Made by a program: the position numbers and the translations under genes
The notes under the pieces: generated by a model
Database searches by the model: none
The model's input: only the letters and a program-made list of their open reading frames with translations
What the model was told of the DNA's origin: nothing
In this document: in pieces, positions 11,929-23,364 of the stretch
Layout: the number at the start of each line of letters is the position of its first letter
Position numbering within the stretch: position 1 is the first letter of the stretch
Source: Pholidichthys leucotaenia
Taxonomy: Eukaryota
Direction: 5' to 3'
NCBI GenBank assembly: GCA_020510985.1
Contig: CM035838.1
Coordinates: forward strand, 342,579,700 to 342,643,699
DNA length: 64,000 nt

Positions 11929-12618
11929 TCATGAAATATATCTGTCCACCAGTTGATTTTTGTCAGGACTGACATCATTCAGCTGCAGCAAACACACAGT
12001 TGCAAAAGAGGTTTGATTTTCCTCTGTGTCTGCTTCCTGTATTTGTCGCTGTGGAGCATTTAGGGAAGTAGACAAATCCGATGTGTACCGGAGCATAGTC
12101 CCATCTGGTAGACACACAACAGTTCCAGTAGAAGCAAAATAGATGTGTGCCCTCACTGTCAGAAGCACATCTCTTCCCAGAAAATTTACAGGACAGTCTG
12201 GTAAATACAGAAAAGAATGGACAAAATCTAGTCCAGCCAGTGAACAGTTCAGTGGTACTGTCCCAGAGATGCCAACCACCGATGTATAATTAGTGGACAG
12301 GGGTAGAGAAGTTGATACTGATGAAAAGCAAGCCCCTGTGTCCACCATAGCTTCATAAGTCTTGTCTCCCATCATGCATGCTGTGGTTGGGAGCCATGTT
12401 TGATTGCTGAGGCAGCTGTGTCTGTTGTGGATGATCTGGCCACACCCCGGGTGCTGGAGGCGGGGTGGGTGTGTATGGGTGCCAGTTACTCCCTCTTCCA
12501 GGGGCTGAAGCTGTACAGTGTCGAACCCAATGTCCTGACCTTCCACATTGATAACACATGTTTGGTGGAGCAGTTGATGAAACTGTACAGTCACAAGCCC
12601 AATGACCTCTTTTGCCAC
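11929..12618 (-). CDS. ERV aspartic protease
   Basis: MVDTGACFSSV and PVNFLGRDVL motifs. Confidence 0.75.
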   Translation of the reverse strand: MAKEVIGLVTVQFHQLLHQTCVINVEGQDIGFDTVQLQPLEEGVTGTHTHPPRLQHPGCGQIIHNRHSCLSNQTWLPTTACMMGDKTYEAMVDTGACFSSVSTSLPLSTNYTSVVGISGTVPLNCSLAGLDFVHSFLYLPDCPVNFLGRDVLLTVRAHIYFASTGTVVCLPDGTMLRYTSDLSTSLNAPQRQIQEADTEENQTSFATVCLLQLNDVSPDKNQLVDRYIS

Positions 12619-13423
12619 ACTGCAGGCACATGTCTCCGGGTGGGCGTGATGGTCTCATGCTTCCCCTGTATGCACCTCTTCCACACCCTCTTTGTGATGG
12701 GCATGGATACCTTTGTTGGGGTGCCAACACAAAGGGCTCAGCTGGGACAGGACCAATAATGGTCTGAGGGGTTGTCACTGTAATGGCTGGAGCCTGTACA
12801 GTATTCTTTTGTTTTCTATCTTTCTTTTTTTTTTTTACCTCATCTCCAGCTGCTTTTAGCTGGGCTTTTACCAGCTGGTTAGACAGATCTGCTGTTTCTG
12901 TCTCTTTTTCATCTTGTTTTTTGTTATAGTGTCTCACATAGTGATGCACATGAGACGGCCATTCTGCCCAGGGGCGAGTGTTTAAACCCACAACTGCTTC
13001 CAGAGTGGCTCTAACAGGTTGTGGGACTGATGTCTGAACAACATTGCGGAATACCACCTGTGTAGTTATGTTATTGTGTGCATTTTCTCCAGTCATGTCA
13101 GTCCAAAGTGCCAAACACCTGTCCACATAAGCTCCTGCTTCCTCACCTTTTTTCATAGGAATGTCTGTTAGTTCAGCTCTAGTGAGATCTACAGGGAACA
13201 TTCCTCTCATTACTGCAAAAATGTTATCACTGTGTTGTCTAAATGGAGCCTCATCAGGCTCATTTGTTGTGCCCCTGATATCTGCCAAACACAAACGGCA
13301 ACCAACTGTGGCCTTCTGTATGGCTGTGATCCATGGGGATGCTCCAGAGATCAGTAGAGGCAATGTGTCACAAATGCCTTTAAGGTCCTTAAAGGACCAT
13401 TCTGATTGTTTGTGCTGCCCCAA
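12353..13423 (-). CDS. ERV Gag (capsid + nucleocapsid with two CCHC zinc knuckles)
   Basis: CLQCGKRGHWACDC and CYQCGRSGHWVRHC. A frameshifted N-terminal piece lies at 13389-13643. Confidence 0.8.
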   Translation of the reverse strand: MGQHKQSEWSFKDLKGICDTLPLLISGASPWITAIQKATVGCRLCLADIRGTTNEPDEAPFRQHSDNIFAVMRGMFPVDLTRAELTDIPMKKGEEAGAYVDRCLALWTDMTGENAHNNITTQVVFRNVVQTSVPQPVRATLEAVVGLNTRPWAEWPSHVHHYVRHYNKKQDEKETETADLSNQLVKAQLKAAGDEVKKKKKDRKQKNTVQAPAITVTTPQTIIGPVPAEPFVLAPQQRYPCPSQRGCGRGAYRGSMRPSRPPGDMCLQCGKRGHWACDCTVSSTAPPNMCYQCGRSGHWVRHCTASAPGRGSNWHPYTPTPPPAPGVWPDHPQQTQLPQQSNMAPNHSMHDGRQDL

Positions 13424-14364
13424 TTTCAGTAGCTATCGTGGGCATGTTCCTATAATCTACTTTAGATATGGTTCCTACTTGTAAACGCATACGCTGTGGT
13501 GCTTTTTCAGTCAAATTTTCTATTGTTGACCCATAATCATCATATTTCCACTGTTTTTGTGTGCCTGGGGATGGTAATGCATTTCTGTCTGTGTAGTCAG
13601 TGATTTTCTTAGGGGTGTTTCCACAGAAACAGAAAAATTTCATGGACTAGCTCCAGCCTCTGCAAAAGATCTTTGTAATTTGTTCATTGCAGCCCCTAAA
13701 TCATCCTCCCATTTTCTGTTTCTAGTTTTGGTGAGGGGGTGGAGACAGCAGCTATCTCCAGTTTACTGGGGAACTCCTCCTCCTCACTGTGAGAAAAGTG
13801 TTTGTATTGATCCTATGACTCTGTTGGTGTTAGTCCTCTTTTTTTTTCGTCAGCTTTCCTGTCTTTTTGGCACTATGAATTGTGGGAAGAATCATAAGTT
13901 TTAAAGCATATGATTTTTGTCTTTTATAGTTTCCTATAATGACATTTTATGTAACACCACAAGAAAAGCACATGATTATCAAAAATTCCTATTGCCCCTT
14001 CTTATCATTATCATTAATGTTCTTACTTGTATATTATTATCATTTATTATTATAATTATTATGATTATGACCCAAGCCACTGACAGCTCATCATTATTGT
14101 TTGCAATGATTTTTGCATTTTTTATGTCAATTTATTCATTAATTTATCTGTATATAATTTGCCAGATCCTGTCATCCATTATTATTGGTTTTAAGTTTTT
14201 CTTTTGTTTCTTTTTAATTCTGTTAGCTGTTATCTAAAAATCCTTCAGTATTACTTAATAAAATGATGTGGCTCAGAGTCAGTTATTTGACAGCCATCAA
14301 AAACTCTTTCTTTTTACTAGTTTGTGTTATAAATGGGAAGAAGTCTTCCCATTTATTGGTAACT

Positions 14365-15283
14365 CCATCCATCCATCCATCTTCTACCACTTTTCTGGAG
14401 GTCCGGGTCGCGGAGGCAGCAGTTCAAGCAGAGAAGTCCAGACTTCCCTCTCCCCAGCCAGCTGCTCCAGCTCTCCAGAGAGGAAACCAGGGCGTTCCCA
14501 GACCAGCTGGGAGACATAGTCTCTCCACCAAGTCCTGGGTCTGCCCCGGGGTCTCCTCCCAGTGGGACGTGCCCGAAACACCTCAAGTGGGAGGCGTCCA
14601 GGAGGCATCCTAATCAGATGCCCATACCACCTCAACTGACTCCTTTCAATGTGGAGGAGCAGTGGTTCTACTCTGAGCCTCTCCTGGATGACTGAGCTCC
14701 TCACCCTATCTCTGAGGGTGAGTCCAGCAATCCTACGGAGAAAGCTCATTTCAGCCACTTGTATCCGCGATCTTGTTCTTTCGGTCATTACCCAAAGCTC
14801 GTGACCATAGGTGAGAGTAGGAACGTACATTGACTGGTAAATCGACAGCCTTGCTTTAGAACTAAGCTCCCTCTTCACCACAACAGACCGGTACAACGTC
14901 TGCATCACTGCAGATGCTGCTCCGATCCGTCTGTCAATCTCTCGCTCCATTTTCCCCTCACTCGTGAACAAGACCCCAAGATACTTGAACTCCTCCACTT
15001 GGGGCAGGAGCCTGTCCCCAACCCAGAGAGGACAATCCACCTTTTTCTGGCTGAGGACCATGGACTCAGACTTGGAGGTGCTGATTCTCATCCCAGCGAC
15101 TTCACACTCAGCGGCAAATCGTCCCAGCAAGAGCTGTAGGTCATTGCTGGATGAAGCCAACAGGACAACATCATCTGCAAACAACAGAGATGAGATCCTG
15201 TGGTCACCAAGCATGACACCCTCCATTCCCTGGCTGCGCCTAGAAATCCTGTCCATAAAAATTATGAACAGAATTGGTGACAA
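14365..15283 (-). mobile_element. 3' end of a LINE (RT C-terminal half) with a (GATG)4 microsatellite tail
   Basis: ORF 14384-15283(-) has FADDVVLLASS (the RT FADD motif) and the C-terminal tail ...RLRWYGHLIRMP...GRRPRGRPRTWWRD. CCATCCATCCATCCATC at 14366-14382 is the (GATG)n tail on the minus strand. Confidence 0.75.
14384..15283 (-). CDS. LINE reverse transcriptase C-terminal region (5'-truncated)
   Basis: 299-aa ORF with the motifs above. Confidence 0.75.
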   Translation of the reverse strand: MSPILFIIFMDRISRRSQGMEGVMLGDHRISSLLFADDVVLLASSSNDLQLLLGRFAAECEVAGMRISTSKSESMVLSQKKVDCPLWVGDRLLPQVEEFKYLGVLFTSEGKMEREIDRRIGAASAVMQTLYRSVVVKRELSSKARLSIYQSMYVPTLTYGHELWVMTERTRSRIQVAEMSFLRRIAGLTLRDRVRSSVIQERLRVEPLLLHIERSQLRWYGHLIRMPPGRLPLEVFRARPTGRRPRGRPRTWWRDYVSQLVWERPGFLSGELEQLAGEREVWTSLLELLPPRPGPPEKW

Positions 15284-15289
15284 AGAGCA

Positions 15290-15383
15290 GCCCTTTGGTA
15301 ACTCTATTCTTCAAATAATCAATTCTTCATTAACATTAGGCCATGTACCGCAGGCTTTTAAAACTGCTGTAATTAAACCCTAA
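15290..15383 (+). mobile_element. Short L2 RT fragment
   Basis: Encodes [22 protein letters not shown], matching 18590-18660 of L2 copy 1. Confidence 0.6.
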
Positions 15384-16026
15384 CTCAAAAACCCAACGCT
15401 GTTCGTCACAGAGTGATTCATCCGGCAAGACTGCTGGTCACATATAAAGGGAGAACCCATATCTTCAAGACCCCTCAGGAGGCGCAGGAGCTTATCAAGC
15501 AGATCCAAGAGGAGACTGGTGGGAGCTAAGCATGAAGCATGAACAAGATATAAAGGTAGAATATTTAAGCATTTGCACAGGCATCTGACTGATCTGAAAC
15601 ATATAGCATGTCTACAAAATATAGATTGTATTATATATATATACAGTATATTAAAAAAAGCTATGATGTACAAAGTTGCTATAAAATTTTGGAGTTATGT
15701 TGGAAAAACTACAGAAGAGAGTTAATGTCATGTCATTAAAAAGTAGTAGAGTCAGGGTGATTGAGAGGAGAAAGAGAGAGTGGTTTGACTGAGCCTCACA
15801 GGTGTGGAACAGTCACTAGTTATAATGGGAGACAGATTTTTTTTTTTTTTTTTTGATTTTGGGGGGATTACCACGAATGTGGGGAAAGGGAATTTGTTTT
15901 TGTGTAGTTTGTAGGATGAATGTTCAACCATCCATGTTGATCTGGGATTGTCACTTCCTTGTGGTAACGTATCGTCACTTCCTGTTTTGCTGTCTGCCTG
16001 TGTGGTTTGCTCTCCAGCCACTAGCT

Positions 16027-16907
16027 ATGGCTACTAGCTCTCTTTCCTCTCCTCCTCTGGTGTGCTCTCTCTGTCAGATGTTTAGCTACACCTCTGCCTC
16101 TTTTAGTGATAACGGTAAATGTAATAAATGTTGTCTTTTTGAGGTGCTCGAGGCGAGGTTGTCTGATTTGGAATACCGCTCCACTGCATTGAAACACCGT
16201 CTGCGCCAGTTAATCTCGACGGACGCCCCTTAGCTGCAGTGGAGCTAGCTAGCTTAGGCCCCCCTGTCAGCAGTTCCCCGGCTCTCCTCAGCAGCGAGGA
16301 GACTGGGTGGGTGACGGTGAGAAGGAAGCCTAGTCGCAAAGCCCCGGTACACCACCGACCTGTTCACGTTTCTAATCGTTTTTCCCCGCTCAGCGACACA
16401 CCCGCTGAGGAAAAAACTCTGATCATTGGCGACTCTGTAGTCAGAAACGTGAACCTAGAGACTCCAGCGGCCATAGTCAAATGCATTCCTGGGGCCAGAG
16501 CAGGCGACATCGAGTCAAATTTGAAAATGCTGGCTAAAAGTAACTGTAAATATTCCACAATTGTTATTCACGCCGGCATTAATGACATCCGTCTCCGGCA
16601 GTCGGAAGTCACGAAACTTAATATAGAATCGGTGTGAGACTTTGCAAAAACGATGTCTGCCACTGTAGTGTTCTCTGGGCCCCTCCCTAATCTGACCAGG
16701 GATGACATGTTTAGCCGCTCGTCATCCTTGAACCGCTGGCTGTCTGTGTGGTGTCCTAAAAATGACGTGGGCTACATTGACAATTGGAGCTCTTTTTGGG
16801 GAAAACCTGGTCTTATGAGACGAGACAGCATTCATCCCACTTTGGATGGTGCTTCTCATTTATCTAACAATCTGGCATCTTTTTTATCCAAATTTCCAAA
16901 ACCCTGA
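16027..16907 (+). CDS. L2 ORF1 (Cys-rich N-terminus + SGNH-esterase domain), disrupted by in-frame stops
   Basis: [18 protein letters not shown]..., [11 protein letters not shown] (the GDS motif), [16 protein letters not shown]. Stops at 16234 and ~16640. Confidence 0.65.
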
Positions 16908-17018
16908 CTACTCGGAGTTGGGACCAGGAAGCAGAGTCGCAGTCTTTCACGCCTCTCTGCAGCTCCTCTTCATCCGCCACCCCTCAGCTTAGCCCCTGAC
17001 TTCCCTATCAGAGAATCA

Positions 17019-19619
17019 TTGTCTGCTCCCTCCAAAGTAAATAAAAATATAATGCATAAGCATCCCAAAGTGATAAAGCAAAATATTGGTAAAACTCAAA
17101 TTAAACATAAAGCCTCTAAATTGAATGAATTGGCCTCTGTTCCTCCTCATAATTTAAAAATTAAATGTGGTTTATTAAATATTAGGTCTCTAACTCCCAA
17201 GTCTCTGTTAGTCCATGATCTGTTAATTGATCATCAGATTGATTTAATTTCCCTTACAGAGACTTGGTTAGGGCAAGAGGATTATGTTGGTTTAAATGAA
17301 TCAACTCCCTCTGGTTATTTAAACTGTCAAAATCCCAGAAGTTCTGGTCGTGGAGGAGGAGTAGCAACAATTTACCATTCCAAATTACTAGTGAATGTAA
17401 AGCAAAAAACATGTTATAATTCCTTTGAGGGCCTGGTCCTCAGTATTGGGCACTTTAGCAATTTTAGGTTAAACCCAATTTTATTTGCCATAGTTTATCG
17501 TCCCCCATCAACCTACTAAGAATTTTTATCCGAATTTGCTGATTTCTTAGCTGATTTAGTGCTGAAATCTGATAGAATAATTATAGTAGGGGACTTTAAT
17601 ATACATGTGGATGTAGATAGTGACTGCCTTAATGTGGCATTTAATTCAATATTAGACTCGATTGGGTTTTCTCAGAAAGTAGGAAATTCTACTCATTACC
17701 TCCACCATACATTGGACCTTGTTCTGACATATGGCATAGAAATAGAAAATCTTGTAGTGTCTCCTCATAACCCTGTACTGTCAGACCATTGTCTGTTAAC
17801 CTTTGATTTTACTATTTCTGACTATTTGGCTCCTAAAGAAAAATATTATTACAGTAGATGCCTCTCAGATGATGCTGTTACCAAATTTATGCAGATTGTT
17901 TCCTCTATGCCATGTGTCAACACAACGGAAATAAGCTATAGACAGCTTGCTCCTTCTGTAATTGATAACATGGTGGATAGTGTTTCAGCTTCTCTGCATC
18001 AGACTCTAGACTTGGTGGCCCCCTTAAAAAAGAAAAAGTCTAATCAGAGATTTCTAACTCCTTGGTTCAACACAGAAACTTGTAGCTTAAAACAGAAGAC
18101 TCGTCAATTAGAAAGAAAATGGCGATCCACTAATTTAGATGAAATCTATTTAGCTTGGAGAAATCATCTTTTAATTTATAAAAAATCTCTTAGAAAAGCT
18201 AGAACAAGTTATTACTCTGCATTAATAGAAGAGAACAAGAATAATCCCAGGTTTCTTTTCAGTACTGTAGCCAGGTTGACAAAGAGTCAGGACTCTGTCA
18301 ATCCTAGCATTCCCTTAGAGCTTACTAGTCAGGACTTTATGAACTTTTTCAATAATAAAATTTCATCCATCAGAGATAAAATCAATCAGATTCTTCCCAC
18401 AGTTAACTTAAATACTGTAACTACTACAACTCCATCTATTGATGTCTGTCTTGATGAGTTTACTCCAATCGACCTTTGTGAGTTAGACAAAATAGTTTCC
18501 TCATCTAAACCTTCAACTTGTCTTTTAGACCCTATTCCTACCAGATTATTTAAAGAAGTCTTCCCACTTATTGGTAGCCTTATTCTTCATATAATCAATT
18601 CTTCATTAACTTTAGGCCATGTACTGCAGGCTTTTAAAACGGCTGTAATTAAACCCTTACTCAAAAAGCCAACGCTAGATCCAGGAGCTTTAGCTAACTA
18701 TAGACCAATGTCTAATCTCCCTTTCATTTCAAAAATCTTAGAAAGAGTTGTTGCTACGCAGTTATTTGACCACCTACAGGGAAATGGTTTACTTGAAGAG
18801 TTTCAATCTGGGTTTAGAATCCATCATAGTACTGAAACAGCCTTAGCGAAGGTCACTAACGACCTCCTCATTGCATCTGATAATGGACTAGTTTCTGTAC
18901 TTGTCCTTTTAGACCTTAGTGCAGCTTTTGATACTATCGATCATAATATTCTACTTGACAGATTAGAACACTATGTTGGACTTAATGGAACTTCGTTGCA
19001 GTGGTTTAGATCTTATTTATCTGATAGGTTCCAGTTTGTTCATGTAAATAATGAGTTTTCTTTCAACTCAAAGCTCAGTCACGGAGTTCCACAGGGATCT
19101 GTGCTAGGCCCTACTCTTTTTAGTTTATATATGCTTCCGTTAGGCAACATTATTAGAAAGCACTGTATACATTTTCATTGTTATGCTGATGACACACAAT
19201 TATACCTGTCAATGAAGCCAGATGATAGTAATCAATTAGCCAAGTTAGAAGCCTGTCTTAAGGAAATCAAAGCTTGGATGACTTGTAATTTCCTGCTATT
19301 AAATTCAGATAAGACTGAAGTCATTCTTGTTGGTCCAAAAAACCTTAGAAATTCCTTTCCAAATCAAACTTTCAGTTTGGATGCGGTTACTCTTTCTCTT
19401 AATAGCTCTGTGAGGAACCTTGGAGTTATTTTTGATCAGGATTTGTCCTTCAATTCACATATTAAATTTGTTTCTAAGTCTGCCTTCTATCATTTGCGTA
19501 ATATTGCCAAGATTAGGAGCATCTTGTCTCAGAGTGATGCTGAGAAACTGATCCACGCTTTTGTTAGCTCGAGATTAGATTATTGTGATTATTATCAGGC
19601 TGTCCTAAAACATCTTTAA
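17019..19619 (+). CDS. L2 ORF2: APE endonuclease + reverse transcriptase (frame break near 17520)
   Basis: LNIRSLTPK...LISLTETW and [12 protein letters not shown] (EN); [15 protein letters not shown] and CYADDTQLY (RT). Confidence 0.8.
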
Positions 19620-19726
19620 AAAGTCTTCAGCTGATCCAAAATGCTGCAGCAAGAGTTTTAACAGGTACTAGAAAGAGAGATCATATCTCTCCGGTTCTGG
19701 CCTCCCTTCATTGGCTTCCCATAGAG

Positions 19727-20076
19727 TTTGCACGGTGGCGCAGTGGTTAGCACTGCGGCAGCACAGTTTACCCTTGGCCGGGGGATTGTGGGGATCGTGG
19801 GATCGTGGGTTCGATCCCAGCCCCCGACCAACAGTGATCTGTGTGGAGTTTGCATGTTCTCCCCGTGTTGCGTGGGTTTACTCCGGGATTTCTCCGGTTT
19901 CCTCCCACATGCCAAAAACATGCATGTTAGGTTAATTGGCTGTTCTAAATTGTCCCTAGATATTTTGTTTCCTATAGGCCCTTAGAATAGAGGCTTAGTA
20001 TTAATGAAAGCGCTTTGAGTGGTCTTTGTGACTAGAAAAGCGCTATATAAGTGCAGGTTAGTTAGTTAGTTAGTTT
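19727..20076 (+). mobile_element. tRNA-derived SINE inserted into the L2 ORF2 C-terminal region
   Basis: Box A TGGCGCAGTGG and box B GGTTCGATCCC, a conserved teleost SINE core (gtggagtttgcatgttctccccgtg...cctcccacatgccaaaaacatgca), and a (TTAG)n tail. The L2 frame resumes at 20077 (RIKFKILLLTYKALN). The insertion is absent from L2 copies 2 and 3. Confidence 0.8.
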
Positions 20077-20340
20077 AGAATTAAGTTTAAAATCCTTCTT
20101 CTTACTTACAAAGCTCTAAACAATCAGGCTCCTTTTTATTTAAAAGATCTGATACTACCGTATTATCCTAACAGAGCTCTACGCTCCCAAAATGCAGGAT
20201 TACTTGTAATACCTAGAATCTCCAAAAGTACAATGGGAGGCAGAGCCTTCAGTTATCAAGCTCCTCTCCTGTGGAATCAGCTGCCAATCTGGATTCGGGA
20301 GTCAGACTCGATCTCTGTTTTTAAGAATAGGGCTAAAACC
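20077..20340 (+). CDS. L2 ORF2 C-terminal tail resuming after the SINE
   Basis: RIKFKILLLTYKALNNQAPFYLKDL...GGRAFSYQAPLLWNQLPIWIR, collinear with copies 2 and 3. Confidence 0.6.
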
Positions 20341-20839
20341 TACCTTTTTGATATAGCCTACAATTAGGGAGGGATCATGTGTTTCTGAACCCTCCCTTAG
20401 TTATGCTGCTAATAGGTTTAGTCAGCCGGGGGACCTCCAGTAATACACTGGGCCTCACTCCTTTTCTCACTCTCAATGAAATATTTTTTTTTGCTGGTCA
20501 TTAACATTTGTTTGTTCTCTCCCATAGATAGAGTCCCCATCGTGCTGTTTGCTCTCTACATGTCTGTTCTTTTCTTCTTCTCTATCCCCTCACCCCCCAG
20601 CCAGTCACAGCAGATGACTGCCCCTCCCTGAGCCTGGTTCTGCTGGAGGTTTCTTCCTGTTAAAAGGGAGTTTTTCCTCTCCACCGTCGCCAAGTGCTTG
20701 CTCACAGGGGATTGCCTGATTGCTGGGGTCTTTCTGCAACTGTGAGGGTTCCCCCTACAGTTGATAGTGCTATGAGATGACTGTTGTTGTGAAATGGCGC
20801 TATATAAATAAAGTTGAATTGAATTGAATTGAATTCTCT

Positions 20840-22347
20840 GTATGAGCATGTTTATATTGCAAGGTAATCTCAAACTCCTTATTGATCATAGACCAAAGCG
20901 TTAATCTTAATTTAACTTCATGGAATTGCAGAGGTCTACAAAATCTAAAAAAACTTAAACAAGTTATGAATAAAATAAAAGACATAGGTTCAAAAATTGT
21001 GTTTTTACAAGAAACTCATCTAATAGAGGAGGATGTAAAAAGAATTAGGAGAAGATGACAGGGAAATGTGTTCACCTCATCATTTTCATCCTGAGCCAGG
21101 GGAGTTATGACTCTCATACATAAAACAGTCCCATTTCAAGTGAAAATTGTAATTGGAGACAAATTAGGAAGATATCTAATCATCCAAGGATCTTTGTTAT
21201 TAGAAAATATAAATCTGGTGAACTTATACGGTCCCGATATAGATGATCAAAACTTCTTCGCTAATTTATTTCTTACTTTATCATCACTTACAGGGCAACA
21301 TATAATAGCAGGGGATTTTAATTGTACATTGAATCCCAGTATAGATAGATCAATAGGACTGGACTGGACGCACAATGGATGCAGGATGACCATTAATCAT
21401 TTTATGAAAGAATTGAGATTGCTATATATATGGAGAGAAATGAAACCACAAGTCAAAGCCTTTTGTTGTTATTCTAATACCTACAAGACATTCTCACATA
21501 TTGACTATTTTTTGATCTCCACAGAATTAAGGTCCAAGATTCAAAACTGTTTCTATGATAACATTGTGATATCTGATCATGCACCCTGCTGTCTAATAGA
21601 TGTAGATAAGAAATTGACAAAGGATCCAGGTAGGTGGCAATTTCAGCATAAATGGCTTCAGGATGAGGAATTTGTTAAGTACATAGAAAAACAGATAGAT
21701 GAGTTCTTTGATATCAATACTACACAAACATCAGCATGTATAAAGTGGGAGGCTTTCAAAGCTTTTATTAGGGGGCATATTATTAGTTATACAGGTTCAA
21801 AATCTAAGAAGACTCGAGAGGAGAGAGTCCAATTGGAACATAAAATAAAAATTCTTCAAGAAAAAGTGTATGCAGGAAGTAACCCAAAGTTAGAGAACGA
21901 ATTACTGATTCTGAGAGCTGAATATGACAAAAAATCAGCGAATAGAGCTGCCTCGAGTCTTCTAAGATTGAAGCAAACTTTTTATGAACAAGGTGAAAAA
22001 TCAGGGAAATTATTGGCATGGCAGATTAAACAATTAGAATTTAAAACACCAATTACCGGTATTATAAGTAACGGACAGACAGTTGTAGATCCTTTAGAAA
22101 TTAATAGTGCCTTTAGAGATTATTATGAAAAACTATATGATACAAAAAATGAAGCTGACTTAACAAAACTAAATGGGTTTTTGGACGGATTATCTATACC
22201 GTGTATTCCAAATGAAAACAGGGAGATACTGGAGTCTAAAATTAGTCAAGAAGAAGTTGGGCTAGCCATTGATAATATGAAATCAGGAAAAAGTGCAGGA
22301 CCAGATGGTCTTCCAGTTGACCTCTATAAAAAATTTAAGAATAAATT
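20840..22347 (+). mobile_element. 5'-truncated L1/Tx1-clade LINE (ORF2 endonuclease + first RT residues), interrupted by element B
   Basis: SWNCRGLQNLKK...IVFLQETHL is an L1-type EN N-terminus; GPDGLPVDLYKKFKNK is the start of RT. The frame continues 11 aa beyond B (LIKPLLEMVL at 32423-32455). Confidence 0.7.
20890..22347 (+). CDS. L1-like ORF2 N-terminal part (endonuclease)
   Basis: Track ORF 21107-22387. Its last 13 codons are read-through into B's LTR. Confidence 0.7.
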
Positions 22348-22761
22348 TGTAGAAGAGCTTGAAATGATGAGGCGATTTGATATATAAACCAAAGTTTATT
22401 TATCAGCTCTCCTAACAAGTCTCATCTAGTGCAGAGGTAGCAGAAGGAAAAAGAGACCGAATATCTCCGGCTCTCTGACTTTATACTTGCACATAACAAA
22501 AGACATGCATATCAAAGGCTGACATCCCTCATTATCTTAATCCCCCCATTGTCTTGGTACTTCCTCTCTTCGCCCTAGGGGGGTGAGGGTAGCTCCTCCG
22601 GTCTCCACCGCAGTGTCTGGGAACGTCTTTGTTCTTCACTTGGCGGTTGAGAGTCTTTGTCCTTTCAGAGGTGTGAAGTTGCCTTACATATGTAATCACC
22701 AAACATTCCCACATGCTTCAACATATGTAGGTTATGGAATATATGATTAATATAGCCCACA
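22348..22761 (-). repeat. B 3' LTR
   Basis: Near-identical to 32007-32422. Confidence 0.75.
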
Positions 22762-22980
22762 GCCCCCCCTCCCAAACGACTAAGAAAGAACAACAGAAAA
22801 ATTCACAGTCTAAGATAATTACTATGACATACTAAGTGTTACATCTCTTGCCACAGAAGAAACTTTCCAGCAGCCATGCTCCTAAGAGAGTTCAGTGGTA
22901 ATCATAACAGCATAGTAAAATCACAAGTCGGACCTAAACTGTTAAAGCACAATCAGTGAACAACTGTGGAGTAGTTTGTA

Positions 22981-23364
22981 TCAGTCCCTGTGCTGTCTGG
23001 GTTTTAATCTTCTCCCAAAACTGCTGTGGGTTCGTTTAGGCGTCCTGCTGGGACCTTCTTGTAAGGAATCTGCAGTGTGGGAAGGAGAGTGGTTAATTGT
23101 TCCCTGCAGGGGGGCTGAGTCTTTTCTCTTGGGGGGTCTACCCCGCCGAGGTGCTCTCGCCAACTGTGCAGGCTCGTCTTTCAACAAGAAGGCAGGTTTA
23201 AGTCTGTCAATGCTGACTGTTTCTTTTCTATCCCCAAAATCAAGCACAAAGTGTTTATCACCATGTTCCAGCACTCTGAATGGCCCATCGTATGCTGGGC
23301 GGAAAGTTGGTTTTAAAGCTTCATGCCTAACAAAAATGAACTCAGCGTTCTTTAAAGCTTGAGG
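22981..23364 (-). CDS. B integrase C-terminal tail, separated from the rest of pol by the A insertion
   Basis: ...[55 protein letters not shown]... Joining 28241 to 23364 gives a continuous PRVFVPQALKNAEF. Confidence 0.75.
   Translation of the reverse strand, partial: PQALKNAEFIFVRHEALKPTFRPAYDGPFRVLEHGDKHFVLDFGDRKETVSIDRLKPAFLLKDEPAQLARAPRRGRPPKRKDSAPLQGTINHSPSHTADSLQEGPSRTPKRTHSSFGRRLKPRQHRD

Larger units (their letters stand above)
10000..13643 (-). mobile_element. Class-I (gamma/epsilon-like) endogenous retrovirus fragment: gag-pro-RT, 3'-truncated against the chromovirus LTR
   Basis: Retroviral Gag with two CCHC knuckles, protease DTGA/GRD, and RT LLQYVDDLLLA. Ends inside the RT connection region at ~10000. 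Confidence 0.75.
15750..20835 (+). mobile_element. Near full-length L2-clade LINE (copy 1): 5'UTR, ORF1, ORF2 (EN+RT), 3'UTR ending in (TTGAA)n; interrupted by a SINE
   Basis: ORF1 has an SGNH/GDS esterase domain and ORF2 has APE plus RT. The C-terminal HWLPIEFRIKFKILLLTYKALN domain is split by the SINE. The 3' tail is aataaagttgaattgaattgaattgaattc at 20805-20835. Confidence 0.8.

Noticed and set aside
13644-14260. AT-rich segment upstream of ERV gag as a defined 5' LTR
   Set aside because: I could not identify a PBS, TG...CA termini or a matching 3' LTR. It is left as an unannotated leader / low-complexity region.
21107-22387. 426-aa ORF C-terminus ...VEELEMMRRFDI
   Set aside because: The last ~13 codons are read-through into element B's LTR (the same sequence recurs at 32017). 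The real L1-like coding ends at 22347.
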